Assembly (NCBI GenBank): GCA_002269645.1
Contig: NIVC01001001.1
Location: 1-64,000, forward strand
DNA: 64,000 nucleotides
Direction of reading: 5' to 3'
Source: Macrostomum lignano
Taxonomy: Eukaryota
Shown here: positions 1 to 24,915 of the stretch, piece by piece
How positions within the stretch are numbered: position 1 is the stretch's first letter
Layout: the number at the start of each line of letters is the position of its first letter
Position numbers and translations under genes: made by a program
The notes under the pieces: model-generated
Databases searched by the model: none
The model's input: the letters and a program-made list of their open reading frames with translations, nothing else
Told to the model about the DNA's origin: nothing

Positions 1-13020
<13,020 letters not shown>

Positions 13021-13664
13021 ATTAACTGCATGGCGAGTTTATTCAGTTTGAATTGGCGCCGGAATTATAAAAAAATTACTATCAAAACAAATCTGACTTT
13101 ATTAAGATAAAATTCATTAAATAAAAAAAACAAAACACTGGCTAGTAAAATACTCGTATCCAGCTAATTATTAAAACACAGAGAAAGTTTTATTTTTGGC
13201 GCCAATTTGAATTGATCACGTGGATTTTTGGTACGAAAAATGTGTTTTTTAAGACTTATAAAGACGAAGACTAAACTTATTTAATTTATTTTTATAAGGT
13301 AAAATTTGCGTTATTGCTTAAGCCGTCCAGTGCCTTTTTATTCAAATTTTTGCTACATGATTTTCCGTCCAATTCTTGTTCAGTGGAATGAATTTGCAAA
13401 GTGACTGGCATGTTTAATTTTACTCTGATCTATGAAATAAACATTCCAAAACTGTTTAAATGCTATTTAATTCAATAGATATTGCATCTGTGATCAATTA
13501 ATTATTAATTGTTATTTTTATCGATTATCGATTTTCTGCTCACTTTGTCGAGAGTGACATTTTCCAACAGTTTTTTAAAAATATACTCGTACTAAACAGT
13601 AGAATTAGAAATTTCAGTTTGAGTTTACAGATTTTTATTAAGTTTATTTCGACCAACTTTAGTC

Positions 13665-14010
13665 TCCCACCCACCCTTCTATCCCACCCGCTTATCTATC
13701 CCACCCGCTTATCTATCCCACCCGCTTATCTATCCCACCCGCTTATCTATCCCACCCGCCCTTCTATCCCACCCGCTTATCTATCCCACCCGCTTATCTA
13801 TCCCACCCGCCCCTCTATCCCACCCGCTTATCTATCCCACCTGCCCTTCTATCCTACCTGCTCTTCTATCCCACCTGCTCTTCTATCCCACCTGCTCTTC
13901 TATCCCACCTGCTCTTCTATCCCACCCATCATTCTATCCCGCCCACTCTTCTATCTATCCCACCCACCTTTCTATTCCATTCACCCTTCTATTCTACCCG
14001 CTCTTCTATC
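13665..14010. repeat. 17-bp tandem repeat upstream of NUDT2
   Basis: ATCCCACCCGCTTATCT and degenerate copies. Confidence 0.85.
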
Positions 14011-14067
14011 GCCCCTCTATATGCGGCAATGCTATAATAAAGACTTGTCTTCACTACTCCTGCAAGC

Positions 14068-14532
14068 ATGCGCGTCACGGCCGGGGTTTTCCTATTCCGT
14101 CGGCTTGCCGGCTCAGCTGCTGGCTCCTCAGACCCGGACCAATTCGAGGTACTTCTGCTCCATTCGTCAATGAAACAGGGCCGCTGGACAATGCCCAAGG
14201 GCCACTTGGATACTGGCGAATCCCTACTGCAATGCGCCAATCGAGAGACACTGGAAGAATCGGGTTTAACTGTCGACAAAGACTATAATGTGATTTCGGA
14301 GTTCGAACCAGTGACCTTCAATTTTCCGGCATCCTCTAATCCGTCAATATTGAAACGGGTGACGATTTGGATTGGCGAAGTGAAACCGGATGCGTCGCCG
14401 GTGAAAATCTCGCACGAGCATCGGGATTATCGCTGGTGTCGACACGACGAGTGTCAGGCTTTGCTGACTGCGGGCTTTCCAGAATCTGTTGACACTTACT
14501 TAAAAATGCGGGACTTTATCAATCGCAAATAG
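14068..14532 (+). CDS. NUDT2: Bis(5'-nucleosyl)-tetraphosphatase (Ap4A hydrolase), NUDT2-like; single exon, 154 aa
   Basis: Perfect Nudix box G-HLDTG-E-SLLQCAN-RE-TL-EE-SGL preceded by WTMPKGH; ISHEHRDYRW matches NUDT2 LSHEHQAYRW. Confidence 0.88.
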   Translation: MRVTAGVFLFRRLAGSAAGSSDPDQFEVLLLHSSMKQGRWTMPKGHLDTGESLLQCANRETLEESGLTVDKDYNVISEFEPVTFNFPASSNPSILKRVTIWIGEVKPDASPVKISHEHRDYRWCRHDECQALLTAGFPESVDTYLKMRDFINRK

Positions 14533-14934
14533 TAGGATAGTAGACAATACCAATTATTATAGATGATGTCACAAGTTTCTTCTACCTAACACATATATCA
14601 TTACTAATTCTATTATTTCATTACTATTTCATTACTAATTTTACTTATTATTATTGACTTTCCGCGTTTATTAGGCAATGCTTTTATTAATTTAAACTGG
14701 TTTTATATCAAAGCTTGTTATAGACACTTGTACTGTACAGTTGTTATCATAATCAGCTTATTATTTAGCACATTGTGACGCTAATAAACTGTCTGTATCC
14801 ATGATGTACACAGCTGTACAACTTAGGCATCTAAATTGAGTTTAAATACCTCCAATAATAATTTATTGATAAACTAAGTCTTTATCGATGCTTGGTTAAG
14901 CGGGATTATTGATAATGATCGGTTATAAAATAAG

Positions 14935-15730
14935 CGCACAGATATTGATCGGTAATGGATTGAGCACGCAGATATTGATCAATAATGGATTGAGCACGCA
15001 GATATTGATCGATACTGGATTGAGCACGCAGATATTGATCGATACTGGATTGAGCGCGCAGATATTGATCGATACTGGATTGAGCACGCAGATATTGATC
15101 GGTAATGGATTGAGCACGCAGATATTGATCGATACTGGATTGAGCACGCAGATATTGATCGATACTGGATTGAGCACGCAGATATTGATCGGTAATGGAT
15201 TGAGCACGCAGATATTGATCGATACTGGATTGAGCGCGCAGATATTGATCGATACTGGATTGAGCACGCAGATATTGATCGATACTGGATTGAGCACGCA
15301 GATATTGATCGATACTGGATTGAGCGCGCAGATATTGATCGATACTGGATTGAGCACGCAGATATTGATCGGTAATGGATTGAGCACGCAGATATTGATC
15401 GATACTGGATTGAGCACGCAGATATTGATCGATACTGGATTGAGCACGCAGATATTGATCGATACTGGATTGAGCACGCAGATATTGATCGGTAATGGAT
15501 TGAGCACGCAGATATTGATCGATACTGGATTGAGCGCGCAGATATTGATCGATACTGGATTGAGCGCGCAGATATTGATCGATACTGGATTGAGCACGCA
15601 GATATTGATCGATACTGGATTGAGCACGCAGATATTGATCGGTTTTGGATTGAGCACGCAGATATTGATCGATACTGTATTGAGCACGCAGATATTGATC
15701 GATACTGGATTGAGCGCGCAGATATCGATC
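14935..15730. repeat. Minisatellite, 30-bp unit
   Basis: About 27 copies of GATATTGATCGATACTGGATTGAGCACGCA. Confidence 0.96.
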
Positions 15731-17227
15731 GCCAACAGAATCGATAAATAACAAGTTAGACAGAACACAACAAAATTTGTCTATGGATTGATTTTGCACT
15801 TTTATTTTTATCGAAGATGTTTATATTTATATATACTTTGATTTGTTTCGAATAAATCAGTTTAGAATGGTATTAAGCTAGGGTTAATTCAATCAGTTTT
15901 TTTATTCTGAAACGATTTGTGCAACAAAGACTGATGGATTTAACAGTTGAACAGAATGCAGTAAGCTGTAGATTGAATGATAATTGAAACGACATTGTAT
16001 ATAATATAGGCAGGGGGTGTAGAATTTATATACGAAGGGGTTTCATAAATTGATAAATTTGTATACGTGTAGTACATAAGACCCGGTTTAAATATGCGTG
16101 AGTAAGGGTTAAAAATTTGGATTGAAAAGGCGTTTTTTCTTTACTAAAAAAGAGCGTTAATAATGAGTAAGTAGCGGGGAACTTGAACGAAAACTAGAAA
16201 AATAAAAGATTCCAATTTTAATAACTATCTAAATTGAACTTTTATTATTGCTGCTGTAATTAGTATCTGTTCTTTAGCACTAAATCTATTTTAACCACAA
16301 CCGTTCAACATTAAATATTAACCGAAATAAGGGGGGGGAGACAAGCAGAAACTAGAAAGTAAAACGGGAAAAAATTCCACTAGCTTTGGCGAAACTGTCA
16401 AGAGGAAAAAATATTAACCCCAGCGTGCGCTCAACTCAACTCGCGCTACTGAAACTGGCACTACTTATAGTAGCTAGGCATCGAGATGGCTGAAAAATCC
16501 TCGCGCGGATTGGCATCATTATTACACAGTTCTGTTTTAAATCGATTTGTAAAATTAAAAAAAAACGGCGAAATTTGAAAGGACAAAGGAGAATGATAAA
16601 ATTAACATTTAACTAAAACCATTTAAAGTTAATTTGTTGCTCTCTGTGGGAACCACAGTTCAAGAAAACTGATTTAAAAATTCTAATTAGCTAATTCCAG
16701 GCAATGCGTAAGGGAGAAGAACTTGGCTTAAGATATGATCAACTGATAAATACTTAGGGGCAAAAAAACAGTTGATAAAACAACGAGAGTTCTATCGGGA
16801 ACAACGGTGTCGATATAACAGTACAGAGCGAGCAAATAAAAACAGTCGAATAGGACTGACGAAACAAGCATTTTGCTGCTTGTTTTCTTGTGTTGGAAAT
16901 TTCAATCTTCATTTTAAAGAAGCTATAATAAATACGTAAAGCTAAAAGCAAACTGCATTGTACGGCTACTCAAGATCTCGGATTTAATAGTAGCATTGAA
17001 AGGAAATCTTTATGAGGATTTCAAGGATTAAAAACTAGTTTTTTTAGGAAATGAAAAGTAAGACTACGAGTATAATTAGATTGTTACAGTAAATTATGAC
17101 GCAAACCTGCAGTTTCTCAGAAACTTTTCAGCATTTCATTAAAGAGTTTAATATGGCTTTCGGTTCTCAAGTTCAGAGTTGCACTGCATGCTTACCATTC
17201 GTGTCCAACGCTCTCATAACTAATCAT

Positions 17228-18481
17228 TCAGTTGCCGTGCGAAGTATGGTCCATGTACTTCAGTCCGGGACGACCGTCGCCTCGGCCTCCCAGCATGAGC
17301 CGAGCTTGAGCCTGCTGTTGCTGCTGCTGCTGTTGTTGCTGCTGCTGCTGGCTCGGAGGCACGCCCGGGCCTTTCTGCACCTGGGCAGCGTATTGATGGT
17401 AAAGCGGCGCCTGGGCGGGCGAGTACGGCACCAGGCCAGGGCTGAAGCAGTCACCACCGTTAGCGGCAGCGGCAGCAGCGGCAGCGGCGGCTGCGGCAGC
17501 AGCAGCGGCCGCGGCTGGGCCTCGAACGGGTGAGCTCTCCGAATCAGTGTTAGCGTCCAGGCTGCTAGGGTCCGAGCAGGAGCTATAGTCGCTGGTTAGG
17601 CTCCCGTTATAAGCGGCCGGAGCGTAGTAAAGTATGTCTGCGCCGGTAGATCCAGGATTTCTAGAGCCGGCGGATGCCGCGGCGCCGAAGCAGGGCAGAG
17701 CAGCAGCTGCGGCGGCCGGATTGATGAACTGCAGACCGGCCGCGTTCTGGTGGCCGGCGGCGGCGGCTGCAGCCGCAGCGGCTACAGCTGGTGACCAGGG
17801 TATCGGCACGTGAGCCCCCGATTGGCTAGCGAGGCTGGATGCGATGCTACAGACTGGGTCGCCGTTAGCGCCTACGCCAGCGCCGTTCTGCGCTCCGCCT
17901 GCGCTTCCATTGATTGCTGTGCCGGCGCCGCCGCCGCTGGAAATCAGCGGGCTTGCGATGGCATAGGATGGATACTGCAACTGTTGAGGCAAATAGAAGG
18001 CAGGAGCGTAGGCTGCACCGTACTGCGGCGTCTGTAGCATAGACTGGGTTGTAGCGTAGCCTAAAGGCAGACCGTCTTGACCTTGGAGCAGCACGTACTG
18101 CACCTGGCCCGGCGCCGCGACCACTGAACCCGGTCCTCCGGCGCCGATATGCGGAGCCTTCGGAAATGTGTTCTTTTTAACCGCCTTGGATATGTTGAGT
18201 TTGCGATCCTTGTACATTAGATTCTCGTACTCTTGCGAATTCAGAATCTTCTGCGCCACATCCTTGGAGTCAAACGTAATAAAGCCGTAACCTTTAGAAG
18301 CGCCTGTTCGATCAAAAATAATCTTCACATCTTTGATCATGAACTTGTCGAATGTCGATGTTAAAAAATTTCTAAATTCGTTTTCGTCGGCGTGGGGCGG
18401 TATTCCTCCGATGAAAATCCGGTTCTCAATTACTGTCTCAGTCGCAGAGGATTTAGCCAGAAGACTCAGATCAGCAGTCAT
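17228..18481 (-). CDS. boule: Boule/DAZ-family RRM RNA-binding protein; intronless, 417 aa, with Ala/Gln-rich tail
   Basis: VIENRIFIGGI ... DVKIIFDRTGASKGYGFITF ... MYKDRKLNISKAVKK matches the Boule RRM (VIPNRIFVGGI, DRAGVSKGYGFVTF, YKDKKLNIGPAIRK); a Tyr/Pro/Gln-rich region follows. Confidence 0.85.
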   Translation of the reverse strand: MTADLSLLAKSSATETVIENRIFIGGIPPHADENEFRNFLTSTFDKFMIKDVKIIFDRTGASKGYGFITFDSKDVAQKILNSQEYENLMYKDRKLNISKAVKKNTFPKAPHIGAGGPGSVVAAPGQVQYVLLQGQDGLPLGYATTQSMLQTPQYGAAYAPAFYLPQQLQYPSYAIASPLISSGGGAGTAINGSAGGAQNGAGVGANGDPVCSIASSLASQSGAHVPIPWSPAVAAAAAAAAAGHQNAAGLQFINPAAAAAALPCFGAAASAGSRNPGSTGADILYYAPAAYNGSLTSDYSSCSDPSSLDANTDSESSPVRGPAAAAAAAAAAAAAAAAAANGGDCFSPGLVPYSPAQAPLYHQYAAQVQKGPGVPPSQQQQQQQQQQQQQAQARLMLGGRGDGRPGLKYMDHTSHGN

Positions 18482-20084
18482 GATTTCGCAAGCAGGGGTA
18501 ACTAATAGAAAGCAAGATCAATGCAAAGCAAGATTAAATCTATGTTTTACTGGCTGGGCTAGGCGCGCTCTCAATCTTTCTCCTAAGTTTTAACCGACGG
18601 GCGGGAAGCGAAGTGAAGGCTCGAGAAGACAGGCCGCAGAGGTTTTATTTAGCGAAGCCCTAGACAAAGAAAACAGTTTAAATCGTCTTTGGTCGAAGCT
18701 AATTTCTCCTGCTCCCTCCCGCTTCTGATTGGCTCTCGTGAAGGTGACGAAGTTTACGATTAAGCCTTGATTTTCTTGCTCCTTCTTACCCCCTAAACCG
18801 TTACTGTAGTCTAATATAGAACCATTTAGAATTCCATTCCCTCACCCTTTTATCGATCGGTTTTGCTAAGCCAAAACAACCTACCACCCAGCTAGCCGAC
18901 TTCGCCACCCCAACCCTCTTAATTATTTTGGCATTAACTGGCGCAAGCCAAGACCGCTATTTTATCGATCGGTCAGCAGTCAGCAGCCTGAAGAGTAACA
19001 GCGCCCCAGGCCCCAGACCCCTCCCACTCCGCCACGCCCGTACACCAGCATCAGTTAAGCCAGCCACTGCTTAAGTTCTTATCAGTACAAGGGAAACTTG
19101 ATTCTTTTTAACTGTTTTATCAGCTGGGCTTATACTCGTAATAATAAAGTTATAGCTGACGAGGCGTGTGGGCGTGGCTGATGTAAATAACACCATCAGA
19201 CGTGCACCAGTTGAAGTTGTACACCATGCTGGCAATTAAACCAATTAACCTACATGGTAAATAGCTAGTTAAATAGCATAAAAATAGCTAGTTTCAGCCA
19301 GATTATTAGACTTCTAAATCAGAAAATAGTAGTAAAACATAAGATTGAATTGAAAGTATAATTGGCACGCAAAACTCTGCACAATCCGAATTACGAAAAC
19401 TGCGTCTGCATGCAATCCATAATTTGGCCTGATTTCAAGATGAAAATAATTAATGTATCAACCTCTATTTACGTATTAATTAACAGTCTAGTGATTAGTC
19501 TCGACTCTCAAAACATGATAGCTCTCTTTTTCATCAATCTCATTTTTATTTTCTATTAAATTTTGGTATGTTGAGTATCAGCCAGTCAGGCTCTCGTTGA
19601 CTAAATAGAAATCTCAACCATTTTGAAACTTTTACTTATTTGATAAAGAATTTGTCATTGGTCTATTTGCCATAGACAAAATATGGAATCAGCCATTTCA
19701 AACTTGCTTTCCTTTCCTGCTTTCAACCATCAGCTTGCACTATTGAAAGGTAGCCAGGCGCAATTCAAAGCCGAAATATTTAGCTGTCAATCATTCTGAT
19801 CGGTAAATATATCAACACAATAAATACAGTGATGCTATTTCCATGTTGCTTGTGCATGGCTAAGGGCTCAGTGATGTCATGAGGCCTCAACGTGTCGCCG
19901 TCATGATGCTCACAACAACTATTACATGAAGAAAATTAGCGAAAGAGAGTTAAATAACTGAGGTTAACTTGTCCCGTTTCCCTAAAGTCTAAAATAAAAT
20001 ATGAGAAACTTACAGAGGATGTAAGCATTGTATTTGAGCTTGAACCTAGAAGGAATGTTATTGGAAAGAAAGGGGTCAGAGCGC

Positions 20085-20335
20085 TAGCCCACTGAATGAT
20101 CGGGAGGGGGAGTTGCAGATGCCCACTGAATAATCAGGAAGGGGGTCAGAGAGGCCCACTGAATAATCAGGAAGGGGGTCAGGAGGCCCACTGAATAATC
20201 AGGAAGGGGGTCAGAGAGGCCCACTGAATAATCGGGAAGGGGGTCAGAGGCCCACTAAAATACGAGTATTCGGAAAGGGCAAGGGGTTAGAGCTCACTGA
20301 GTAATCAGAAATGGGGGGTCAGAGGCCAAATGAAC
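20085..20335. repeat. ~30-bp tandem repeat
   Basis: About 7 copies of GCCCACTGAATAATCAGGAAGGGGGTCAGA. Confidence 0.8.
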
Positions 20336-20584
20336 AATCATGCCAGTAGTTCATTTCAAACGGCAAAGTGTATCCAATCTTTTCTTGGGGTAGCTACTCG
20401 CGTAATAAAATATATTTGCAGTTTTCCGTAGGTATACACGCAGTACACAAAAAACCCGGAACCAAACAAAAAGGATAACAAAGACAAGACAATAACAGTA
20501 CATCGTATTTTATATAGGAATATCAAAGCATAATTGTAAAACTGTTTTTTTTCGAACATTTGTGCATCTACATTTAGAAATACG

Positions 20585-21067
20585 TCATCTTCTAACGCCG
20601 CTACCAACGCCTACCAGACCTCCCATCAGAGGATTGCCCGCGCCATCTCGCTGATCCCCACCACGATCAGCACCCGGTTGCAACAGACGTCGAAGACCGT
20701 GCGTCCGCTCCATGTACAGACTGCGCTGGACTTCGCCGTTGATCTGTCGTTGCCGGAGCAGCTCCGATCTGGCGCTATTTGTAGCCGTTGGCATCGTGAT
20801 TGAAGTTTTAGCTCGACGAACTGGCTCGAACGCGCTACTATCGTTAGTAGTATTGTTGGTATTGTTAGTAGCGGCCTGACTGCGGACTGACTGCAGACGT
20901 CGACGACGGCTGCTTTGACGCGTGGGCAGGCCGCCGTCTCGATTCGGTAAGGGCCCGACGGCTACAGCTGCTGTCGCTCCTGCTGCTTTTGTTGCTGTTT
21001 GTTGGCCGCCATTGCCTGCAGATTCTGATTGCAGTTCGGTCATTGTCTTGGCCCGGCTTACGGGCAT
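20585..21067 (-). CDS. Hypothetical low-complexity protein (MPVSRAKTMTELQ..., 160 aa)
   Basis: GC-rich open frame; ATG lies 6 nt after an acceptor-like TTGCTCGACGCAG|G at 21074/21073. No recognisable domain. Confidence 0.45.
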   Translation of the reverse strand: MPVSRAKTMTELQSESAGNGGQQTATKAAGATAAVAVGPLPNRDGGLPTRQSSRRRRLQSVRSQAATNNTNNTTNDSSAFEPVRRAKTSITMPTATNSARSELLRQRQINGEVQRSLYMERTHGLRRLLQPGADRGGDQRDGAGNPLMGGLVGVGSGVRR

Positions 21068-21214
21068 GATTTCCTGCGTCGAGCAACATAGAAGGTTTTT
21101 TCTTGTTTTTCGTGAAGAAGGATAATTCAATATATTCTATTTGATATTTCCCCATTTCTTCATCTCTGCTCACAACCCCTTTTCTTCTCACAAAAATGAC
21201 ATTAAAAAAAATGG

Positions 21215-22820
21215 GTGTCAGATGAGAGTCAGCTTGGATGTCAGCTGAGAGTCAGTGGGGTGTAAGCTGAGAGTCAGTGGGTGTCAGCTGAGAGTCAGCT
21301 TGGATGTCAGCTGAGAGTCAGTGGGTGTCAGCTGAGAGTCAGCTTGGATGTCAGCTGAGAGTCAGTGGGTGTCAGCTGAGAGTCACTGGGTGTCAGCTGA
21401 GAGTCACTGGGTGTCAGCTGAGAGTCATCTTGGGTATTAGCTGAGAGTCAGTGGATGTCAGCTGAGAGTCACTGGGTGTCAGCTGAGAGTCATCTTGGGT
21501 ATCAGCTGAGAGTCAGTGGGGTATCAGCTGAGAGACACTGGATGTCAGCTGAGAGTCACTGGGTGTCAGCTGAGAGTCACTGGGTGTCAGCTGAGAGTCA
21601 GTGGGGTATCAGCTGAGAGTCACTGGATGTCAGCTGAGAGTCACTGGGTATCAGCTGAGAGTCACTGGGTGTCAGCTGAGAGTCACTGGGTGTCAGCTGA
21701 GAGTCACTGGGTGTCAGCTGAGAGTCAGTGGGTGTCAGCTGAGAGTCACTGGGTGTCAGCTGAGAGTCAGTGGGTGTCAGCTGAGAGTCACTGGGTGTCA
21801 GCTGAGAGTCATCTTGGGTGTCAGATGAAAGTCAGCTTGGGTGTCTGCTGAGAGTCAGTGGGGTATCAGCTGAGAGTCACTGGATGTCAGCTGAGAGACA
21901 CTGGGTGTCAGCTGAGAGTCACTGGGTGTCAGCTGAGAGTCAGTGGGTGTCAGCTGAGAGTCAGTGGGTGTCAGCTGAGAGTCAGTGGGTGTCAGCTGAG
22001 AGTCACTGGGTGTCAGCTGAGAGTCACTGGGTGTCAGCTGAGAGTCACTGGGTGTCAGCTGAGAGTCAGTGGGTGTCAGCTGAGAGTCACTGGGTGTCAG
22101 CTGAGAGTCATCTTGGGTGTCAGATGAAAGTCAGCTTGGGTGTCTGCTGAGAGTCAGTGGGGTATCAGCTGAGAGTCACTGGATGTCAGCTGAGAGACAC
22201 TGGGTGTCAGCTGAGAGTCAGTGGGTGTCAGCTGAGAGTCACTGGGTGTCAGCTGAGAGTCACTGGGTGTCAGCTGAGAGTCAGTGGGTGTCAGCTGAGA
22301 GTCACTGGGTGTCAGCTGAGAGTCACTGGATGTCAGCTGAGAGTCACTGGGTGTCAGCTGAGAGTCACTGGGTGTCAGCTGAGAGTCACTGGGTATCAGC
22401 TGAGAGACACTGGGTGTCAGCTGAGAGTCACTGGGTGTCAGCTGAGAGTCACTGGGTGTCAGCTGAGAGTCAGTGGGTGTCAGCTGAGAGTCACTGGGTG
22501 TCAGCTGAGAGACACTGGGTGTCAGCTGAGAGTCAGTGGGTGTCAGCTGAGAGTCACTGGGTGTCAGCTGAGAGTCAGTGGGTGTCAGCTGAGAGTCAGT
22601 GGGTGTCAGCTGAGAGTCACTGGGTGTCAGCTGAGAGTCAGTGGGTGTCAGCTGAGAGTCAGTGGGTGTCAGCTGAGAGTCACTGGGTGTCAGCTGAGAG
22701 TCAGTGGGTGTCAGCTGAGAGTCAGTGGGTGTCAGCTGAGAGTCACTGGGTGTCAGCTGAGAGTCAGTGGGTGTCAGCTGAGAGTCACTGGGTGTCAGCT
22801 GAGAGTCACTGGGTGTCAGC
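21215..22820. repeat. Minisatellite, 21-bp unit
   Basis: About 75 copies of CAGCTGAGAGTCA(C/G)TGGGTGT, each containing the palindrome TCAGCTGA. Confidence 0.96.
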
Positions 22821-22915
22821 TAGTACTAGTATTCTAAAGGATGTCAGCTAGGCACCAATTATTGGTGTCGGTTGGGACTCACTGTGCGTCAGTCAGCCAG
22901 GGGTTTTTAGGTAGG

Positions 22916-23665
22916 TCATAAAGTTCCTGGGGTGCCCGAATGAGTTTCAAAGGTTTCAAAGTCATTTGATGCAAAATATTTTGTTTCAAGGGCATCGATG
23001 CCAGGGACGCCATTGGGTATCGGGGACGCAGTGACGTACAGATGTCTTGGGACGCAACAAGGTGTTGCGGACGGCTGAGTGTCAAAGGAGTGACACATCG
23101 TGAGTCGCATTTGCAACTTGTAAGACCGTACACTCACCCGATAGACATTCCGCACCCTCGGGTCCAGCCTGGCCGAGCCAACCACGCTGATCCTCGCCGC
23201 ATCCTCTTGGTCCAAATCAAGCATCGCAACGGAGCTGGCGATTCCACGCGATAAAGCATCGACTTCCAGTTCGCGCACCCGGGTGCTGAGGTCGCGCAAA
23301 ACGGCGTGACGTCGTCCGGACCTAGCCGAACTAGCCGACAATGAATACTGGCCGTGAAGTACCGCTCGACGTACCGGAGTTCGAATCCTGGGCTGACGAG
23401 TTCGCCGCCATCGAGTCGAATTTTCGAGCAGTTTTTCCACTTCCAATTCGATTCTGGCGCTCTCCCCTCTGACCACAGGATCTGCCAGTTGGTGCTGCCG
23501 AGTTTTGCTGGCCGCTCGTTGAGTTTTCTCAGGAGATGGCGGAGGCGGCGGCGCAGCGTCCAGGAGACCCGTCAGGTACAGGCCGGACTGCTTCAGTTGC
23601 GGCGGCTTGTTTTTCCGTTTCTGTCCAGCACCAGGGTACTCTTCTGCTTCGGTGTCGCTGCTCAT
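22916..23665 (-). CDS. Hypothetical protein (MSSDTEAEEYPG..., 228-249 aa)
   Basis: A 249-codon non-repetitive ORF containing a probable 63-nt in-frame intron (CGG|GTGAGT at 23137, CTCAG| at 23075). No recognised family. Confidence 0.5.
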   Translation of the reverse strand: MSSDTEAEEYPGAGQKRKNKPPQLKQSGLYLTGLLDAAPPPPPSPEKTQRAASKTRQHQLADPVVRGESARIELEVEKLLENSTRWRRTRQPRIRTPVRRAVLHGQYSLSASSARSGRRHAVLRDLSTRVRELEVDALSRGIASSVAMLDLDQEDAARISVVGSARLDPRVRNVYRVSVRSYKLQMRLTMCHSFDTQPSATPCCVPRHLYVTASPIPNGVPGIDALETKYFASNDFETFETHSGTPGTL

Positions 23666-24167
23666 TTCAAATCATCTGAGTTTTGTTTGTTGGAGACCAT
23701 AGGAGTGAATTGGAGAGTGGGCTTAACGGGTATACTGGAAACAGACTCTCTCACGCACCTGCCCATCATCAGTCTATATACTGTAGTTAGTCTCTCATTT
23801 TTATACCCCTTTCCTTAGCTATACTACACTGTATTTTTTGGCCAGACAAATGTACACTAAAGACGCGAGAGCACCTGTTTGAGTTGCTTCGAGACAATGA
23901 AGCTTGCTATAGCTACTAGTAACTACTATGCCCCACCAGCTTCTCATATAGGTTTTCGGTTGAGCGAGCATCGTCCCATGCCATCTGCATCCACTTGAGT
24001 TGCTCTTCAATGCTGCAGTTATACTGTAATTTTCCGCCATAACTGAGTTCTAGAAAATAGCGAGCACTTTTTCGGCTTAAGGAAAATTTAGGAGTTTCGA
24101 ATGTTTAATTATGAGAAAACGTACATCCGCGGGTTGGCCAACAAAGCTTTTTATTCAAGTCACTTTC

Positions 24168-24915
24168 ACTGACTTCGACGCCCCTCTAGCACTGATTTGA
24201 TGCCTCTGTCAGTGACTTCGACGCCCCTGGCACTGATTTGATGCCTCTGTCAGTGACTTTGACGCCTCTAGGACTGATTTGATGCCTCTGTCAGTGACTT
24301 TGACGCCCCTATCACTGATTTGATGCCTCTGCCAGTGACTTTGACGCCCCTAGCACTGATTTGATGCCTCTGTCAGTGACTTTGACGCTCTATCACTGAT
24401 TTGATGCCTCTGTCAGTGACTTCGACGCCCCTGGCACTGATTTGATGCCTCTGTCAGTGACTTTGACGCCTCTAGGACTGATTTGATGCCTCTGTCAGTG
24501 ACTTTGACACCCCTATCACTGATTTGATGCCTCTGTCAGTGACTTTGACGCCCCTAGCACTGATTTGATGCCTCTGTCAGTGACTTTGACGCTCTATCAC
24601 TGATTTGATGCCTCTGTCAGTGACTTCGACGCCCCTGGCACTGATTTGATGCCTCTGTCAGTGACTTTGACGCCTCTAGGACTGATTTGATGCCTCTGTC
24701 AGTGACTTTGACACCCCTATCACTGATTTGATGCCTCTGTCAGTGACTTTGACGCCCCTAGCACTGATTTGATGCCTCTGTCAGTGACTTTGACGCTCTA
24801 TCACTGATTTGATGCCTCTGTCAGTGACTTCGACGCCCCTAGCACTGATTTGATGCCTCTGTCAGTGACTTTGACGCCCCTAGCACTGATTTGATGCCTC
24901 TGTCTGTGACTTCAA
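24168..24915. repeat. Minisatellite, 41-bp unit with a 5-unit (204-bp) higher-order period
   Basis: About 18 copies of CACTGATTTGATGCCTCTGTCAGTGACTTTGACGCCCCTAG; the variant CTTCGACGCCCCTGG recurs at 24216, 24420 and 24624. Confidence 0.95.

Noticed and set aside
14906-15799. Long ORFs with perfect peptide repeats (also at 6005-6811, 21516-22851, 42736-43660, 47438-48607, 50022-52300, 56304-57002)
   Set aside because: They are translations of stop-free tandem repeats, open in several frames at once, and mostly lie inside introns defined by flanking conserved exons.
17260-18593. Antisense ORFs overlapping boule, dynein, NCBP3 and the coiled-coil exons
   Set aside because: These are expected shadows of GC-rich coding sequence and have no independent motifs.
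16260-19095. U2 snRNA-like words (TAGTATCTGTTCTT at ~16261; GTTCTTATCAGT at ~19075)
   Set aside because: Only 12-14-nt isolated matches with no flanking U2 similarity or Sm site.
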